Assembly (NCBI GenBank): GCA_965203905.1
Contig: CBDBDQ010000005.1
Coordinates: 5,632,001 to 5,696,000 of the forward strand
DNA length: 64,000 nt
Source: Spirochaetia bacterium
GTDB taxonomy: Bacteria; Spirochaetota; Spirochaetia; SZUA-6; Bin103
Reading direction: 5' to 3'
This document shows positions 1 through 12,124 of the stretch, in pieces. A program made the translations under genes and the position numbers. Every line of letters starts with the position of its first letter. Position 1 is the first letter of the stretch. Under the pieces are notes generated by a model. The model saw nothing but the letters and a program-made list of their open reading frames with translations, ran no database searches and had not been told where the DNA came from.

Positions 1-1313
1 TGCGCCTGCTGGTGACCGACGGCATGCACTACCTGGCGACCGCCACTGTCCACTACGACATCATCGCCTCCGATGCCAAGTCGCGCCCCAGGTCGCGCGG
101 CAACGGTCTGTTCTACTCGCGCGAGTACTACCGTCTGGCACGCGACCGGCTGACCCCGGAAGGAGTGTTCATCCAGTGGGTGCCGCTGCACCTGCCACGC
201 CGCGTGTACGAGTCGGTGCTGCACACCTTCGCGGCCAGTTTCCCACACGCGAGCCTCTGGGTTCTGCCCGACCGCGACACCTTCCTGGTGGGGTCGCGGA
301 GCCCGTTGACACCGAACTGGTCGCTGGTCGCCGCCCGCCTGGGGAGCGAACCGGCTGCCGGCTCCGCAAACAACCCCTACGCCGGGCTGCGCAAGCACGG
401 CGTCACCAGTGCGGCCTCCCTGGCCGCCATGTACGTGGCCGGGCGCGAGGCGCTGCTCGGCGCCACCGCGCACGCTCCCGTCAACTCGCTGGACCGGCCG
501 CAGGTCGAGTTCTACGCCTTTGCCGACTACGCGCGCTCCATCAACCGGATGGTCGCCGACAACTACGAACTGCTGCTGGCGTTGCGGGACACGGCCGAGG
601 TCCCGGCGCCCGCGGAAGCCAGCCATCGCGCCCTGAGCCTCTATCTGCAGGCGCTGGGGCGCGCCTATGCCCTGGACCGGGACCACGCCGCGATCGAGGA
701 GCTGCTGGCGGCGGCACTGCGCCTGGCGCCCGAGGACGAGTTGCTGCGCACCCTGGCGCTGCGATACTACGCGACCCGGGTCACGGGCCGGGTGCGGGCC
801 GGCGAGCAGGCCGCGGCGCGGCGCTACCTGGCGGCGGCCCGCCGGGTGGACGGCACCGGCGCCGAGGCGCACCGGCTGGCCGCGCTGCTGCACCTGCACG
901 CCGGCGACCGGGAGAGTGCCGTGCGGGAACTGCGGCAGGCGGTCCACAGGGCGCCGGGGGACGTTGCGCTGCATACCTCCCTGTTCCGCCTGCTGTGGCA
1001 AGCCGGTGCCGTGGACGAGGCGGCGCGCCACCTGCAGGAGGTGCTCGCGGTCGCTTCCGACAGCGTGTTCGCGCACCGCAACCTGGGGCTCTACCTCGCC
1101 CGCCGGCGCGGTGACGCCGGCGCCGCCCTGCCCCACCTGGAGCACGCCCATGCCCGTACGCCGCGGGACGCCGAGCTGATCGGCGCCCTGGCATGGGCAC
1201 GCTACGAGACCGGCGACCGCGCCGGCGCCCGCGCCGTGGTCCGCGCCGGCGGGCGCTATTTCCGCAGCCGTCCCGAGCTTGCCGCCGAACGCGCGCGAAT
1301 CCTCGGCCGCTAG
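1..1313 (+). CDS. Spermidine-synthase-like methyltransferase domain plus C-terminal TPR repeats (5' end lies outside the window)
   Basis: DGMHYL...YDIIASD...LFYSREYYRLARDRLTPEGVFIQWVP matches the spermidine synthase C-terminal half; followed by Ala/Leu-rich TPR-like helices. Confidence 0.75.
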   Translation, partial: RLLVTDGMHYLATATVHYDIIASDAKSRPRSRGNGLFYSREYYRLARDRLTPEGVFIQWVPLHLPRRVYESVLHTFAASFPHASLWVLPDRDTFLVGSRSPLTPNWSLVAARLGSEPAAGSANNPYAGLRKHGVTSAASLAAMYVAGREALLGATAHAPVNSLDRPQVEFYAFADYARSINRMVADNYELLLALRDTAEVPAPAEASHRALSLYLQALGRAYALDRDHAAIEELLAAALRLAPEDELLRTLALRYYATRVTGRVRAGEQAAARRYLAAARRVDGTGAEAHRLAALLHLHAGDRESAVRELRQAVHRAPGDVALHTSLFRLLWQAGAVDEAARHLQEVLAVASDSVFAHRNLGLYLARRRGDAGAALPHLEHAHARTPRDAELIGALAWARYETGDRAGARAVVRAGGRYFRSRPELAAERARILGR

Positions 1314-1438
1314 CTGCGTTGCACTCTCCGGAGGGTGCGGGGTTTCTTTCTTCCGCCGCGACTCTTTTGATCAATTCCACTTTGACTCATACACTGAATC
1401 TCTGTGAGTCTCCAAATGAATCACTCGGGAGCAGGCCA

Positions 1439-1702
1439 TTGCACCAGTTGACAGTGCGAGGATTCGAGCCTGAACTGGCCGACTGCATCCGCAGGCTGGC
1501 GCAGCAAGAACGAATTTCATTGAATCAGGCTGTGCTGCGTCTCCTCCGGCGCGGAGCCGGTCTCGAACGGGACCAGGAAGCCGACGCTACGGTGGGGTCC
1601 TCGTTGGACCACTTCATCGGTCGTTGGACCAGCCGGCAGGCGGATGAGATGGACCGGGCGCTGGCGGATTTCAAGGGCATCGACGAGTCGATGTGGTCAT
1701 GA
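1439..1702 (+). CDS. Antitoxin, ribbon-helix-helix/Arc-like (VapB-type)
   Basis: TTG start at 1439 gives (M)HQLTVRGFEPELADCIRRLAQQERISLNQAVLRLL; acidic C-terminus; ATGA overlap with the downstream PIN gene. Confidence 0.75.
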   Translation: MHQLTVRGFEPELADCIRRLAQQERISLNQAVLRLLRRGAGLERDQEADATVGSSLDHFIGRWTSRQADEMDRALADFKGIDESMWS

Positions 1703-2097
1703 GGGTCGCGCTGGACTCCAACGTATACTCGCTGCTGTTGCGCGGACATCCGTTGGTCGCCGAAATCGTTCGCCGGTCTCAGGAGGTGGTGCTCTCGGCG
1801 GTCGTAATCGGAGAACTGCTCTACGGGTACCGATACGGTTCGCGTCTGGCTCGGAATCTGCGCGAACTCGATGACTTCCTGGCCAATCCCCACGTAACCC
1901 TGGCGACGGTGAGTCGGATTACCGCGGACCGTTACTCGCGGATCGCGACAGCTCTGCGAGCGAAGGGCCGCCCCTTGCCGACCAGCGACATCTGGATTGC
2001 GGCCCATGCGATGGAGACGGGAACCGAGTTGATTTCCTCCGACGGTCACTTCAAGTACGTTGATGGTCTGGCTTGGGTCCACGTTCCGGTCGGGTGA
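1699..2097 (+). CDS. vapC: PIN-domain toxin (VapC family)
   Basis: ALDSN...VVIGEL...PTSDIWIAAHA...ISSDGHF: complete PIN acidic residue set. Confidence 0.9.
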   Translation: MRVALDSNVYSLLLRGHPLVAEIVRRSQEVVLSAVVIGELLYGYRYGSRLARNLRELDDFLANPHVTLATVSRITADRYSRIATALRAKGRPLPTSDIWIAAHAMETGTELISSDGHFKYVDGLAWVHVPVG

Positions 2098-2900
2098 TAC
2101 GGTTTACGGTCACCAAATATCCGCAGGGCGCTTTTTCCTGGGTGGATTGCAGCACCAGCGATGCCGATGCCCGGCACTTCTATGCCAGTCTCCTGGGCTG
2201 GGACATCGAGGAAGCCCCCATGGGCGGGAGATTGACGAATTACACCTTCCTCAGGGATGGCCACAGGATCGCGGCTCTGAGCGAACTGCCGCCGCAGATG
2301 GCCCACTTGCCGCCGTCCTGGAACAGCTACGTCACGGTCGATGACGTCGATGTCCTGGCGCCCGCGGTGCAGAAACTCGGCGGGACTGTGCTGGTGGAGC
2401 CCTTTGACATCTCTGACAACGGTCGCCTGCTCATGTGTCAGGACCCGCAAGGCGCGGCGATCTCGTTCTGGCAGCCGATCAACCATATCGGTGCCGGGCT
2501 GGTCAACACGCCGGGGGCACTCTGCTGGAACGAACTGTGGACAGCGGACCTGCAATCCTCCACGGCCTTTTACGGTGCGTTGCTGGGCTGGGCCTTTGAA
2601 GACGGGCCCGCCGTCCCGGTCTACACCACCATATTGAACCAGGGGCGCAGGAACGGCGGCATCCTGTCCATGGACGAGGAGATGGCGGCGGAAACGCCGC
2701 CAATGTGGGTGCCTCACGTCTCGGTGGCGGACATTGACGCCGCGGCCCGGCGCGTGGTGCAACTGGGCGGTACCGTACACGTCGGCCCGCGCACAAACGC
2801 TGACGCCAACCGCTGGCTGCTGTTCGCGGATCCACAAGGCGCGCTCTGTTATCTCATGCAGCTAAACAACCCCGAACCCTGGCTCGAGCATTCGTCCTGA
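2094..2900 (+). CDS. VOC/glyoxalase family protein with two VOC domains
   Basis: GAFSWVD...FYASLLGW...DPQGA occurs twice; GTG start overlaps the vapC stop. Confidence 0.85.
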   Translation: MIRFTVTKYPQGAFSWVDCSTSDADARHFYASLLGWDIEEAPMGGRLTNYTFLRDGHRIAALSELPPQMAHLPPSWNSYVTVDDVDVLAPAVQKLGGTVLVEPFDISDNGRLLMCQDPQGAAISFWQPINHIGAGLVNTPGALCWNELWTADLQSSTAFYGALLGWAFEDGPAVPVYTTILNQGRRNGGILSMDEEMAAETPPMWVPHVSVADIDAAARRVVQLGGTVHVGPRTNADANRWLLFADPQGALCYLMQLNNPEPWLEHSS

Positions 2901-3112
2901 CGCAAGAAGGAAAACCCCATGCCGCGTAGAGTCCGAGCTTGCCGCGGCGACGCGGTGCGCGACCTGCTCGACCCCCGGCTGCGCGGCGGCCAGGGAAGTT
3001 ATGGCACCTCGGGGAACCGCAAGCGAGGCCTCCTGCGGCGTGGCGGTCACGCTGCTTCCGCATTGCCACGGGACTCGCGCGTTTGATCCCGAGTTCCCCT
3101 GGGAGACCGCAC

Positions 3113-3200
3113 GTGACCGCTGACCTGATTGAACGGCGCAACCGGGCGCTCGGCGCCGGCAGCGGCGCCGGCGCCCCGCTGTGCTATCGCGAGCCGGGGG
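3113..3200 (+). pseudogene. 5' remnant resembling a class-III aminotransferase N-terminus
   Basis: GGGAGA RBS, then GTG-TADLIERRNRALGAGSGAGAPLCYREP; similarity stops before the expected xRGEG motif. Confidence 0.4.
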
Positions 3201-3258
3201 CGGTTGGGGCCACAGTACCCTGCCAGATGCCTCCGTGCGCCGGGGTGACCGTGCCGAC

Positions 3259-4701
3259 TCAGCGCAATGGGTGCGGGCGTGTCGGTGGATCGACGTCAGC
3301 CGGAATCGGACACACGTAGGGTGCGCCGTTGGTCGCCGCCGCCAACTCCGCGCGCGCCGTGCGCAGGCGTTCCGGATCCAGGTACAGGTCCAGCGACGCC
3401 ACCGCCATCACTTTCGCGGAGTGCATCATGCCCTTGTGACCGATTGACGTAGCTCCGGTGGCCACGATGCCCCAACTGTGGCCGGGGGCGCGGGTTGCCC
3501 AGCAGGCGGTACGCAGCATGCTCAGCGGCGTGATCCAGCTCACGTCGCCCACGTCGGTCGAGCCGGTGCCGACCCAGTCCGCGTCCCACGCCGGGAAGTT
3601 GTCGCCGATCAGCGGTTCGCGCGCCAGCCGCTCCAGCCGCGGCTGCTCCTCCGGCGGCGTCTGCCAGCCGGCGAACATCTCGTCGGCGTTGCGCGCGGGA
3701 AACGCCGCATTGACGTGGGCCGCGTACGCCTTCTCCTCGGCGGTGAACTCGATCGGCCCGACCAGCTGCATCGCCTCGTACTGCAGATCCGCCAGGTGAG
3801 CGTTGTTGAGCAGCCTCGAGCAGGCGCCGCGCACCCGCATCTCCACGGTGGTGTCGGTCATCAATGCCGCGCCGCGGGCGCAGTTGCGTACCCGCTCGGA
3901 TACCTCCTCGATCTCCGCCCGTTCCAGGGCGCGCACGAAGTACCACACCTCCGCGGTGTCCGGAACCACGTTGGGCAGCTTGCCGCCGTCGGTGATCACG
4001 TAGTGGATGCGCACCTTGTCGGTGACGTGCTCGCGCAGGTAGTTCACCCCGACGTTCATCAGCTCCACCGCGTCCAGTGCCGAGCGCCCCTCGTGCGGCG
4101 CGCCGCCGGCGTGAGCGGTGCGGCCGTGGAAGCGGAACACCAGGTCGTTGACGCCGACGCAGGTACCCTTGGACGGAGCGTTGACCTTGGCCGGGTGATA
4201 GTTGAACGCCGCATCCAGGTCGTCGAACGAGCCGGTGCGCGCCATGAACGCCTTGCCGCTGATCTGTTCCTCGGCCGGGCAGCCGTAGTAGCGCACGGTG
4301 CCGGCGGTGCCGGTCGCATTCAGCCAGCGGGCCACGGCCACCGCCGCGGCCAGGCCACCGGTACCGAGCAGGTTGTGCCCGCAGCCGTGGCCCGGCCTGC
4401 CCTCCACCACCGGCTCCTGGGTCGGCTGGCGCTTCTGTGACAGCCCGGCCAGCGCATCGTACTCGCCCAGGTAGCCGATGATCGGGGCGCCGGAGCCGGC
4501 CTCGGCGCAGAACGCGGTGGAGATGCCGCCGAGATCCCAGGTGACGGCAAACCCCTCGGCGGCCAGGAAGTCCGCCTGCAGCTTGGAGGACGCGAACTCC
4601 TCCCAGGCCACCTCCGGGTTGGCCCACAACGTATCGGCCATGTCCGTGAACCGCCGCCGGTTCCGGTCGAGCCACTCGATGACGTCCTGTTTGCTGTGCA
4701 T
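3259..4701 (-). CDS. M20 amidohydrolase (AbgB / p-aminobenzoyl-glutamate hydrolase subunit B-like)
   Basis: GEYDALAGLSQ, GHGCGHNLLG, GCPAEE, GRSALDAVELMNVGVNYLREH, GSTDVGDVSW. Confidence 0.9.
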   Translation of the reverse strand: MHSKQDVIEWLDRNRRRFTDMADTLWANPEVAWEEFASSKLQADFLAAEGFAVTWDLGGISTAFCAEAGSGAPIIGYLGEYDALAGLSQKRQPTQEPVVEGRPGHGCGHNLLGTGGLAAAVAVARWLNATGTAGTVRYYGCPAEEQISGKAFMARTGSFDDLDAAFNYHPAKVNAPSKGTCVGVNDLVFRFHGRTAHAGGAPHEGRSALDAVELMNVGVNYLREHVTDKVRIHYVITDGGKLPNVVPDTAEVWYFVRALERAEIEEVSERVRNCARGAALMTDTTVEMRVRGACSRLLNNAHLADLQYEAMQLVGPIEFTAEEKAYAAHVNAAFPARNADEMFAGWQTPPEEQPRLERLAREPLIGDNFPAWDADWVGTGSTDVGDVSWITPLSMLRTACWATRAPGHSWGIVATGATSIGHKGMMHSAKVMAVASLDLYLDPERLRTARAELAAATNGAPYVCPIPADVDPPTRPHPLR

Positions 4702-4795
4702 AAGCGCTCCTCTTTTACCTATCGGCGGCGCCGCCGTCGATCGTGGACTGATTCACATCCGGGACGCGGCCGCTCCACCAGCCGGTGCGGGAAGG

Positions 4796-6078
<1,283 letters not shown>

Positions 6079-6079
<1 letters not shown>

Positions 6080-7800
6080 CAGAAGTCGCGGGCGGCGGCG
6101 ACGCGCAGCCGTTCGATGGCGGCGATGCTGAGCGCCGTGGTAAGCATCAGGATGGTTGCCAGCGCCATGCCCTGGCCGTAGTTGGCGGCGCCGGGGCGCG
6201 ACAGCGAGCGGAAGATGGCGGTGGTGATGGTGGGCAGCTCGGGGCGCGCGATCAGGGCGCTGGCGCCGAACTCGCCGAGCGAGATGGCGGCCGCGAACAG
6301 CGCCGCGCTGGCCACGGCGCGGCCGAGCACCGGCAACTCCACGTGGATGAAGCGCTGCGCTGGCGAGGCGCCGAGCACGGCGGCGGCTTCGCGCAGGCGC
6401 GCCGGTACCGCTTGCAGCCCGCCCACCAGCGAGCGGAATACCAGGGGCAGCGCCACCAGCGTGTGCGCCACCGGCAGCAGCACCGGCGAGGCGCGCAGGT
6501 CGAGCCCCGGCAGCCCGAGGGCGAGGATGAAGCCGAAGCCGATGGTGACCGGCGAGGTGCCCAGGGGCAGCATCACCGCGACGTCGACCAGCCGCTGCAG
6601 CCATGCGCGCCGCACCCCGATTGCCGCCCACGCGGCGGGCAGCCCCACCGCCAGGCTGAGCAGGGCGGTCAGGGCGGCGAACAGCAGCGAGTTGCGGATC
6701 GCCAGCAGCGGCGGAACCGCCAGCGCCGCGCCACGGGGGCGGCTGCCGAGGCGGGCGAACAGGGCCAGGGTGAGCCGCCCCTCCTCCACCGAGAACAGGG
6801 CGCGCAGCGCCAGCGCCGCCAGCGGCACCACCAGCCACACCAGCAGCGCCCCCACCGTGAGCGCCACCAGCAGCCGTTCGCGGCCGGACGCCGGCCGGCG
6901 CTCGTGGGTGGCGGCGCGGCCGAGGCGGGCGCTGGCGCCGTAGCGGGCGGCTGCACTGCTGTAGGCGGTGGTGACCAGCGCGGTGAGCAGGAGCTGCAGC
7001 AGGGACAGCACCGCCGCGGCGCGCAGATCGAACAGGGTGACGGTCTGCAGGTAAATCTCCACTTCCAGGGTGGCGAAGCGCCCGGCGCCGAGCAGCAGCA
7101 CCACCCCGAACGAGGTGAAGTCGAACAGGAACACCAGCAGCGCCGCGGCGACGATCGGCCGCGTCAGCAGCGGCAGGGTGACCGAGCGCCAGCGGCGCAG
7201 CGGCCCGGCGCCGAGCACCGCCGCGGTCTCGGTGACACGCGGATGCATCTGCGCCCAGGCATCGCCTACCAGCCGCACCACCAGCGCCGTGTTGAAGAAC
7301 ACGTGGGCGGCGATGATCGCCCCCGCCGTGCCCGTGAAGCGAAGCGTCGGCAGCGCCAGGGCGGGCAGTGCCTGGTTCACGAAGCCGTGCGGCCCCAGCA
7401 GCGCCTGCCAGGCGGCGGCAACCACCAGCGTGGGCAGCACGAACGGTACCAGCGTGATGGTGCGCAGCAGGCGCTTGCCGGGAAACCGGTAGCGGGCGAA
7501 CACGTAGGCGGCCGGCAGTCCGACCGCCAGCGTGCACACGGTAGAGACCGCCGCCTGCCAGGTGCTGAACCAGAGCGCGCGCAGCGTGGTGGCGGCGGTC
7601 AGAATCTGCCGGATGCCGATCCCGTCCTCGGCCGGGGCGCTCAGCCCGCGCGCGATGATGGCGGCCAGCGGATAGAGGTAGAACAGGCCCAGAAAGGCCA
7701 GCGGCAAAATCCACAGCCACGGGCGCGCACCGGGCCGACCGATCGCTGCCTGCCCCGTCTGCCCCGGTCCGACGCTCCGGTCGGCTACCGCCTCCGTCAC
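6079..7800 (-). CDS. thiP: Thiamine/iron-type ABC permease with duplicated TM domain
   Basis: Two EAAAVLGA-type EAA loops; FTSFG and SLGEFGA motifs; lies downstream of thiB. Confidence 0.85.
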
Positions 7801-7831
7801 GGCCGCCGCCGGCTCATGTCAGCCCTGCACG

Positions 7832-8884
7832 TCAGCGCGCCATCGCTTCGCGCCACTGGCGGATCCAGCGCTCGCGGTGCTCGGCGATGGCAGCGGGATC
7901 GACGATCGCGGGGTGCTCGGGAATCGACAGGAAGCGTTCGAACTCCGGCGCCAGGGGAGTGTCGGCGATGACCGGGAACACGAACATGTTGAGCGGCAAC
8001 GCCGCCTGGAAGCTGGTCTCCAGCATGAAGTCGATCCAGCGTTCGGCCAGCTCGCGGCGCGGCGTGCCGGCCAGGATGCCGGCGAACTCGATCTGCCGGA
8101 AACAACTCTCGTCGCCCACCATCACCCCGGTAGTGGGCGCCTCGATCGGGGTCTCCGCGTAGATCACCTCGAACGGCGGACTGGAGCCGTAGGACACCAC
8201 CAGCGGGCGGTCGCCGGCGCTGGTGCCGCCGCTGAACTCGGCGAAGTAGGCGGTCTCCCAGTCGGGGGCCACGCGCACGCCGTTCTTCTGCAGTTCGCGC
8301 CAGTAGTCGAGGTAGCCGGGATCGCCGAACCTGCCGATCGTGGCCAGCAGGAACGCGAGCCCGGGCGACGAGGCGGCCGGGTTCTCGACCACCAGCAGGT
8401 CGACGTAGGCGGGATCGGCCAGGTCCTCCAGCGTTTGCGGCGGCTCCAGCCCGGCCTCTTCGAACCAGGTGATGTCGTAGTTCACGCACACGTCGCCGAA
8501 GTCGATCGGCGTGGCGTGGCCGCTGGCATCGAGGCGCAGCTCAGGGGCGATGTCGGAGAGGGCCGGCGGCTCGTACGGTTCGAACACGCCCTCGTCGAGT
8601 GCCCGGCTCAGGAACGCGTTGTCGACGCCGTACAGCACGTCGGCAAGCGGGTTGCCCTTGGCCAGGATGGCGCGGTTCAGCGCCGAGCCGGCATCGCCGG
8701 CCAGCAGGATGCTGACCCGGGCGCCGTAGCGCTCCTCGAATTCCGCCAGTACTTCGTCCGGGACCACGGTCGAGTCGTGTCCCATCACGGTGAGCACCTC
8801 CGGCTGTTCGGCAGCCGGCTCGGCGGCGACGTAGGCGGCGCACAGCAGTGCCATCAAGGCAGGCACTGCGATCAGGTAACGCAT
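7832..8884 (-). CDS. thiB: Thiamine ABC transporter substrate-binding protein
   Basis: Signal peptide; HDS, GDAG, ADVLYGVDN, NPAASSPGLAFL, VVSYGSSP, CFRQIEFAGIL; TPP riboswitch upstream. Confidence 0.9.
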   Translation of the reverse strand: MRYLIAVPALMALLCAAYVAAEPAAEQPEVLTVMGHDSTVVPDEVLAEFEERYGARVSILLAGDAGSALNRAILAKGNPLADVLYGVDNAFLSRALDEGVFEPYEPPALSDIAPELRLDASGHATPIDFGDVCVNYDITWFEEAGLEPPQTLEDLADPAYVDLLVVENPAASSPGLAFLLATIGRFGDPGYLDYWRELQKNGVRVAPDWETAYFAEFSGGTSAGDRPLVVSYGSSPPFEVIYAETPIEAPTTGVMVGDESCFRQIEFAGILAGTPRRELAERWIDFMLETSFQAALPLNMFVFPVIADTPLAPEFERFLSIPEHPAIVDPAAIAEHRERWIRQWREAMAR

Positions 8885-8943
8885 GTATTCCTCCCGCCGG
8901 GGAATGGAATGTAACTGAGAATCGGGCTGCAGGTGGGCGATGA

Positions 8944-9058
8944 ACTCCCTCCGCCGGCATTATCCGGATCAGGTCTGCGAGTCGAAAGCTCTGGGATCGG
9001 CGCTCAGCGTCCCAACCCACGGCTCTCCTCTCAGCTTGGCAACACCAAGCTCCCCGGT
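8944..9058 (-). ncRNA. TPP riboswitch
   Basis: Minus strand reads GGGG-AGCTTGG..CCAAGCT-GAGAG ... ACCTGATCCGGATAATGCCGGCGGAGGGA directly upstream of thiB. Confidence 0.92.
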
Positions 9059-9176
9059 CTGTAGCGACATGCTAGACACCAATCGCGAAACCGTCAAGCG
9101 CCTGTCTCGTTGCCGGCGACCTGGTCCGCGCTCGCGGTGCCGTGCGAGATGCGGTATGTTCTTTGTGACACCATGA

Positions 9177-9674
9177 ATGAGCTTGGCAGCGGGTAATTTT
9201 CTGGCACGCGTCGAGACACTGCTGGCACGGCGAGAGCTGACGGGACCGCTGCGGGTCCTCAAGGTGCGCCGCATGGAGAGCGAGACGCGCAGGGCGCTGG
9301 GTGACATCGGGATCGAGAAGTTCTCCGAAACGGGCAATCGCTCGGTGTCCGAGCCGGTGGGCAAGCTGTCGGGCGGCGAACGGCAGTCGGTGGCGATCGG
9401 CCGCGCCGTGCACTTCGGCGCATCGCTGCTGATTCTCGATGAGCCCACCTCCGCCCTCTCCGTGGCGGAGACGGAGAAGGTGCTGAGCTACACCCAGGCC
9501 GCCAAGCGGCGCGGCCTCGGCGTCATCTGCATCAGTCACAACATCCACCACGTGTACCTGGTGGGCGACCGCTACACCATCCTGCGCCACGGCCGCAAAA
9601 CCGGCGACTACGTGAAGGGCGACCTGACCGAGAAGGACATCGCCGACATCATCACCGGCGAACGGGAACGCTAA
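9177..9674 (+). pseudogene. 3' half of a sugar ABC ATPase (Walker A absent)
   Basis: LSGGERQSVAIGRA, LILDEPTSAL and ISHN are present; no GxxGxGKS/T; no partner genes adjacent. Confidence 0.7.
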
Positions 9675-9834
9675 GCGACGGGCCGCCGAATGGAGTGCGC
9701 GCGGGCGGGGCCGGCACCGGACTTTACGTTGGTGGCGGTCAAAGACCGGGCTGGCGGCAGGAGTGCGCTTGGGCAGTCATTCGGCGTCCGTTCCTGGATC
9801 GGGCCCGAGCCGTTTGCGTGAGGCAATGGGATGG

Positions 9835-9865
9835 ATTGACAACTTGTCGAATACACTCTACTCTG
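9835..9865 (+). promoter_or_regulatory. Sigma70-type promoter upstream of the oppD/F-like genes
   Basis: TTGACA(9836-41)-17 nt-TACTCT(9859-64); GACAA-C-TTGTC inverted repeat overlaps the -35. Confidence 0.6.
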
Positions 9866-10044
9866 CTCTGCTTTGAAGCTGCCCAATAAACGGATCTACT
9901 GCAAACGGTTTCCGCGCCGCGGGCTGGTTCAACTACTCGTCTATTGCGACTTTGTTGATCCGGGAAGGCCGATCAGTTGGCTTATGGGTCAGTGCCAGGG
10001 GCGAATCGTGGACCACTGAAATCAGCGAGGTTTCGGGGCGTAGT

Positions 10045-11067
10045 ATGGGCGAAGGTGCTGCACTTCTGCAGGTCAAGAATCTCAAGACCCACTTTCAATC
10101 GCGCGAAGGGACGGTCAAGGCAGTCGACGGCGTGAGCTTCGAGATCGGGCCCGGAGAGACACTTGGGATCGCTGGAGAGAGTGGCTGTGGTAAGAGCGTA
10201 ACTTCGCAGTCGATCCTGAGAATCGTTCCTAAGAACGGGCGCATCATAAGCGGCCATATCCTCTACTCGAGAAACGGGCGAGCGATCGACTTGGCCAAGG
10301 TGAAGCCGCATAGCCAGTTGATGCGGGCTATCCGTGGTGGGGAAATTGCGATGATATTTCAGGAGCCAATGACCTCATTTTCTCCTGTTCATACCATTGG
10401 AGACCAGATCATGGATACCATCAAATTGCACCAGAATGTGTCCAAGCGTGAGGCCCGGAGGCGGGCAATTGAGCTCCTCAAGATGGTCGGGATGCCGAGG
10501 CCGGAGGAGATGATCGATGCCTATCCGTTCACGTTGAGCGGCGGGATGCGGCAGCGTGCGATGATCGGAATGGCGCTGGCCTGCCGGCCCAGCCTGCTGA
10601 TCGCCGATGAACCCACCACGGCTGTTGACGTGACCATACAGGCGCAGGTGCTGGCGCTGATCAAGCGGTTTCAGTGTGAATTCACGATGGCACTGATTAT
10701 CATCACTCACGATTTGGCGGTAATCGCCGAGCTGGCTGACATGGTGCTGATCATGTATCTGGGCAAGAGCGTCGAGTACGGTCCCGTTCAGGAGATCTTC
10801 TCCAGCCCCAAACACCCCTACACGCGGGCGTTGCTCACCTCCATTCCAAGACTCGGGAGCGGTTCAAGGCAGAAAACGGGAACTCGCATCGATTCGATCA
10901 GCGGTTCGGTACCGAGTCCATACGAGATGCCGAGCGGGTGTCTGTTTCACCCCCGTTGCACTGAGTTCATGGCCGGGGTCTGCGAGCGGATCGACCCACA
11001 GGCGCGGGCGGTCGGACCCAACCATCAGGTCAGTTGCCTGCTTTATGATGGATCCGTGCAGCAATAA
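10045..11067 (+). CDS. Oligopeptide/dipeptide ABC ATPase (OppD/DppD-like)
   Basis: [26 protein letters not shown]-terminal GCLFHPRC motif. Confidence 0.92.
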   Translation: MGEGAALLQVKNLKTHFQSREGTVKAVDGVSFEIGPGETLGIAGESGCGKSVTSQSILRIVPKNGRIISGHILYSRNGRAIDLAKVKPHSQLMRAIRGGEIAMIFQEPMTSFSPVHTIGDQIMDTIKLHQNVSKREARRRAIELLKMVGMPRPEEMIDAYPFTLSGGMRQRAMIGMALACRPSLLIADEPTTAVDVTIQAQVLALIKRFQCEFTMALIIITHDLAVIAELADMVLIMYLGKSVEYGPVQEIFSSPKHPYTRALLTSIPRLGSGSRQKTGTRIDSISGSVPSPYEMPSGCLFHPRCTEFMAGVCERIDPQARAVGPNHQVSCLLYDGSVQQ

Positions 11068-11068
11068 G

Positions 11069-12121
11069 ATGGAAGGCGAGGAGCGGCGCGTCGAAGTGAG
11101 TGGGTTGGCAAAAACCTTCGTGCGCACCAGAGGCCTGCGCAGGAAGGTGGTCGGCACCGTGAGGGCGGTCAATGGAGTTGACTTTTTCATCCGAAAGGGT
11201 GAGACGCTCGGGCTCGTGGGCGAGAGCGGTTGTGGGAAGACTACCACGGGCCGCTGCCTGTTGCGGGCGGTGGAGCCGAGCTCGGGCGACATCGTTTATC
11301 GCTTCGACTCGGCCGCGCCCGTCGACATCCGAAATCTCACCAGGAAAGAGCTGAAGGAATTTCGCAAGAGCTTGTCGATGATCTTCCAGGACCCCTTCTC
11401 CTCGTTGAATCCACGCAGGACCGTGTTGGAGTCCGTGGGCGAGTCGTATGTCATCCACGGGATGGTACGGAACCAACGCCAGCTTGAGGATCGTGTCGCC
11501 GCCCTGTTGAGTCTGGTGGGGCTGGATCGGGTGTACCTGCGGCGCTACCCGCACGCCTTCAGCGGTGGCCAGCGGCAGCGCATCGCGATCGCCCGATCGC
11601 TCGCGCTGCAGCCGCGTTTCATAGTTGCCGACGAGCCGGTCTCCGCGCTTGACGTTTCAGTGCAGGCGCAGATCCTCAACCTGCTCGTCGATCTCCAGGA
11701 CAGGTTACACCTTACCTATCTGTTCGTCGCCCACAACCTGGCCGTGGTCGAATACGTAAGCGGCCGGGTGGCGGTGATGTACCTCGGCAAGATCGTCGAG
11801 CTTGCCGACACCGATGAGCTGTTCTCAAAACCGCGTCATCCGTATACCGAAGCGCTGCTGGCGGCGGTTCCGACGCCCGATCCACGGGTTCGAAAGGAGG
11901 GGGTTGCCCCGGCTGGCGATGTTCCGGACCCGGCACATCCACCCGCCGGTTGTAGCTTCCACCCGCGCTGCCCGTACGCCGAGCAGGTCTGCAGCGAACA
12001 AGAGCCTCCGCTGGTGAATCTGGCTCGCCGGGGGCAGCCGCCACACTTTGCGGCGTGCCACTTTTCCGAGTCGCTGAGGCTCGCGGGTACCGCGCAGCCG
12101 GGTCCGGCCGGCCCCAACTAG
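11069..12121 (+). CDS. Oligopeptide/dipeptide ABC ATPase (OppF/DppF-like)
   Basis: [40 protein letters not shown]. Confidence 0.92.
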   Translation: MEGEERRVEVSGLAKTFVRTRGLRRKVVGTVRAVNGVDFFIRKGETLGLVGESGCGKTTTGRCLLRAVEPSSGDIVYRFDSAAPVDIRNLTRKELKEFRKSLSMIFQDPFSSLNPRRTVLESVGESYVIHGMVRNQRQLEDRVAALLSLVGLDRVYLRRYPHAFSGGQRQRIAIARSLALQPRFIVADEPVSALDVSVQAQILNLLVDLQDRLHLTYLFVAHNLAVVEYVSGRVAVMYLGKIVELADTDELFSKPRHPYTEALLAAVPTPDPRVRKEGVAPAGDVPDPAHPPAGCSFHPRCPYAEQVCSEQEPPLVNLARRGQPPHFAACHFSESLRLAGTAQPGPAGPN

Positions 12122-12124
12122 CTG

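Noticed and set aside
2990-3110. Cobalamin riboswitch (AGGGAA, GCCACG and GGGAGA motifs)
   Set aside because: The core GGTG..TCC and GCCCCCGC.ACTGT elements are missing and the downstream gene does not fit.
6286-6293. Inferring the R-M specificity from GCGGCCGC avoidance
   Set aside because: The site occurs in the window; presence or absence by eye is uninformative without genome-wide statistics.
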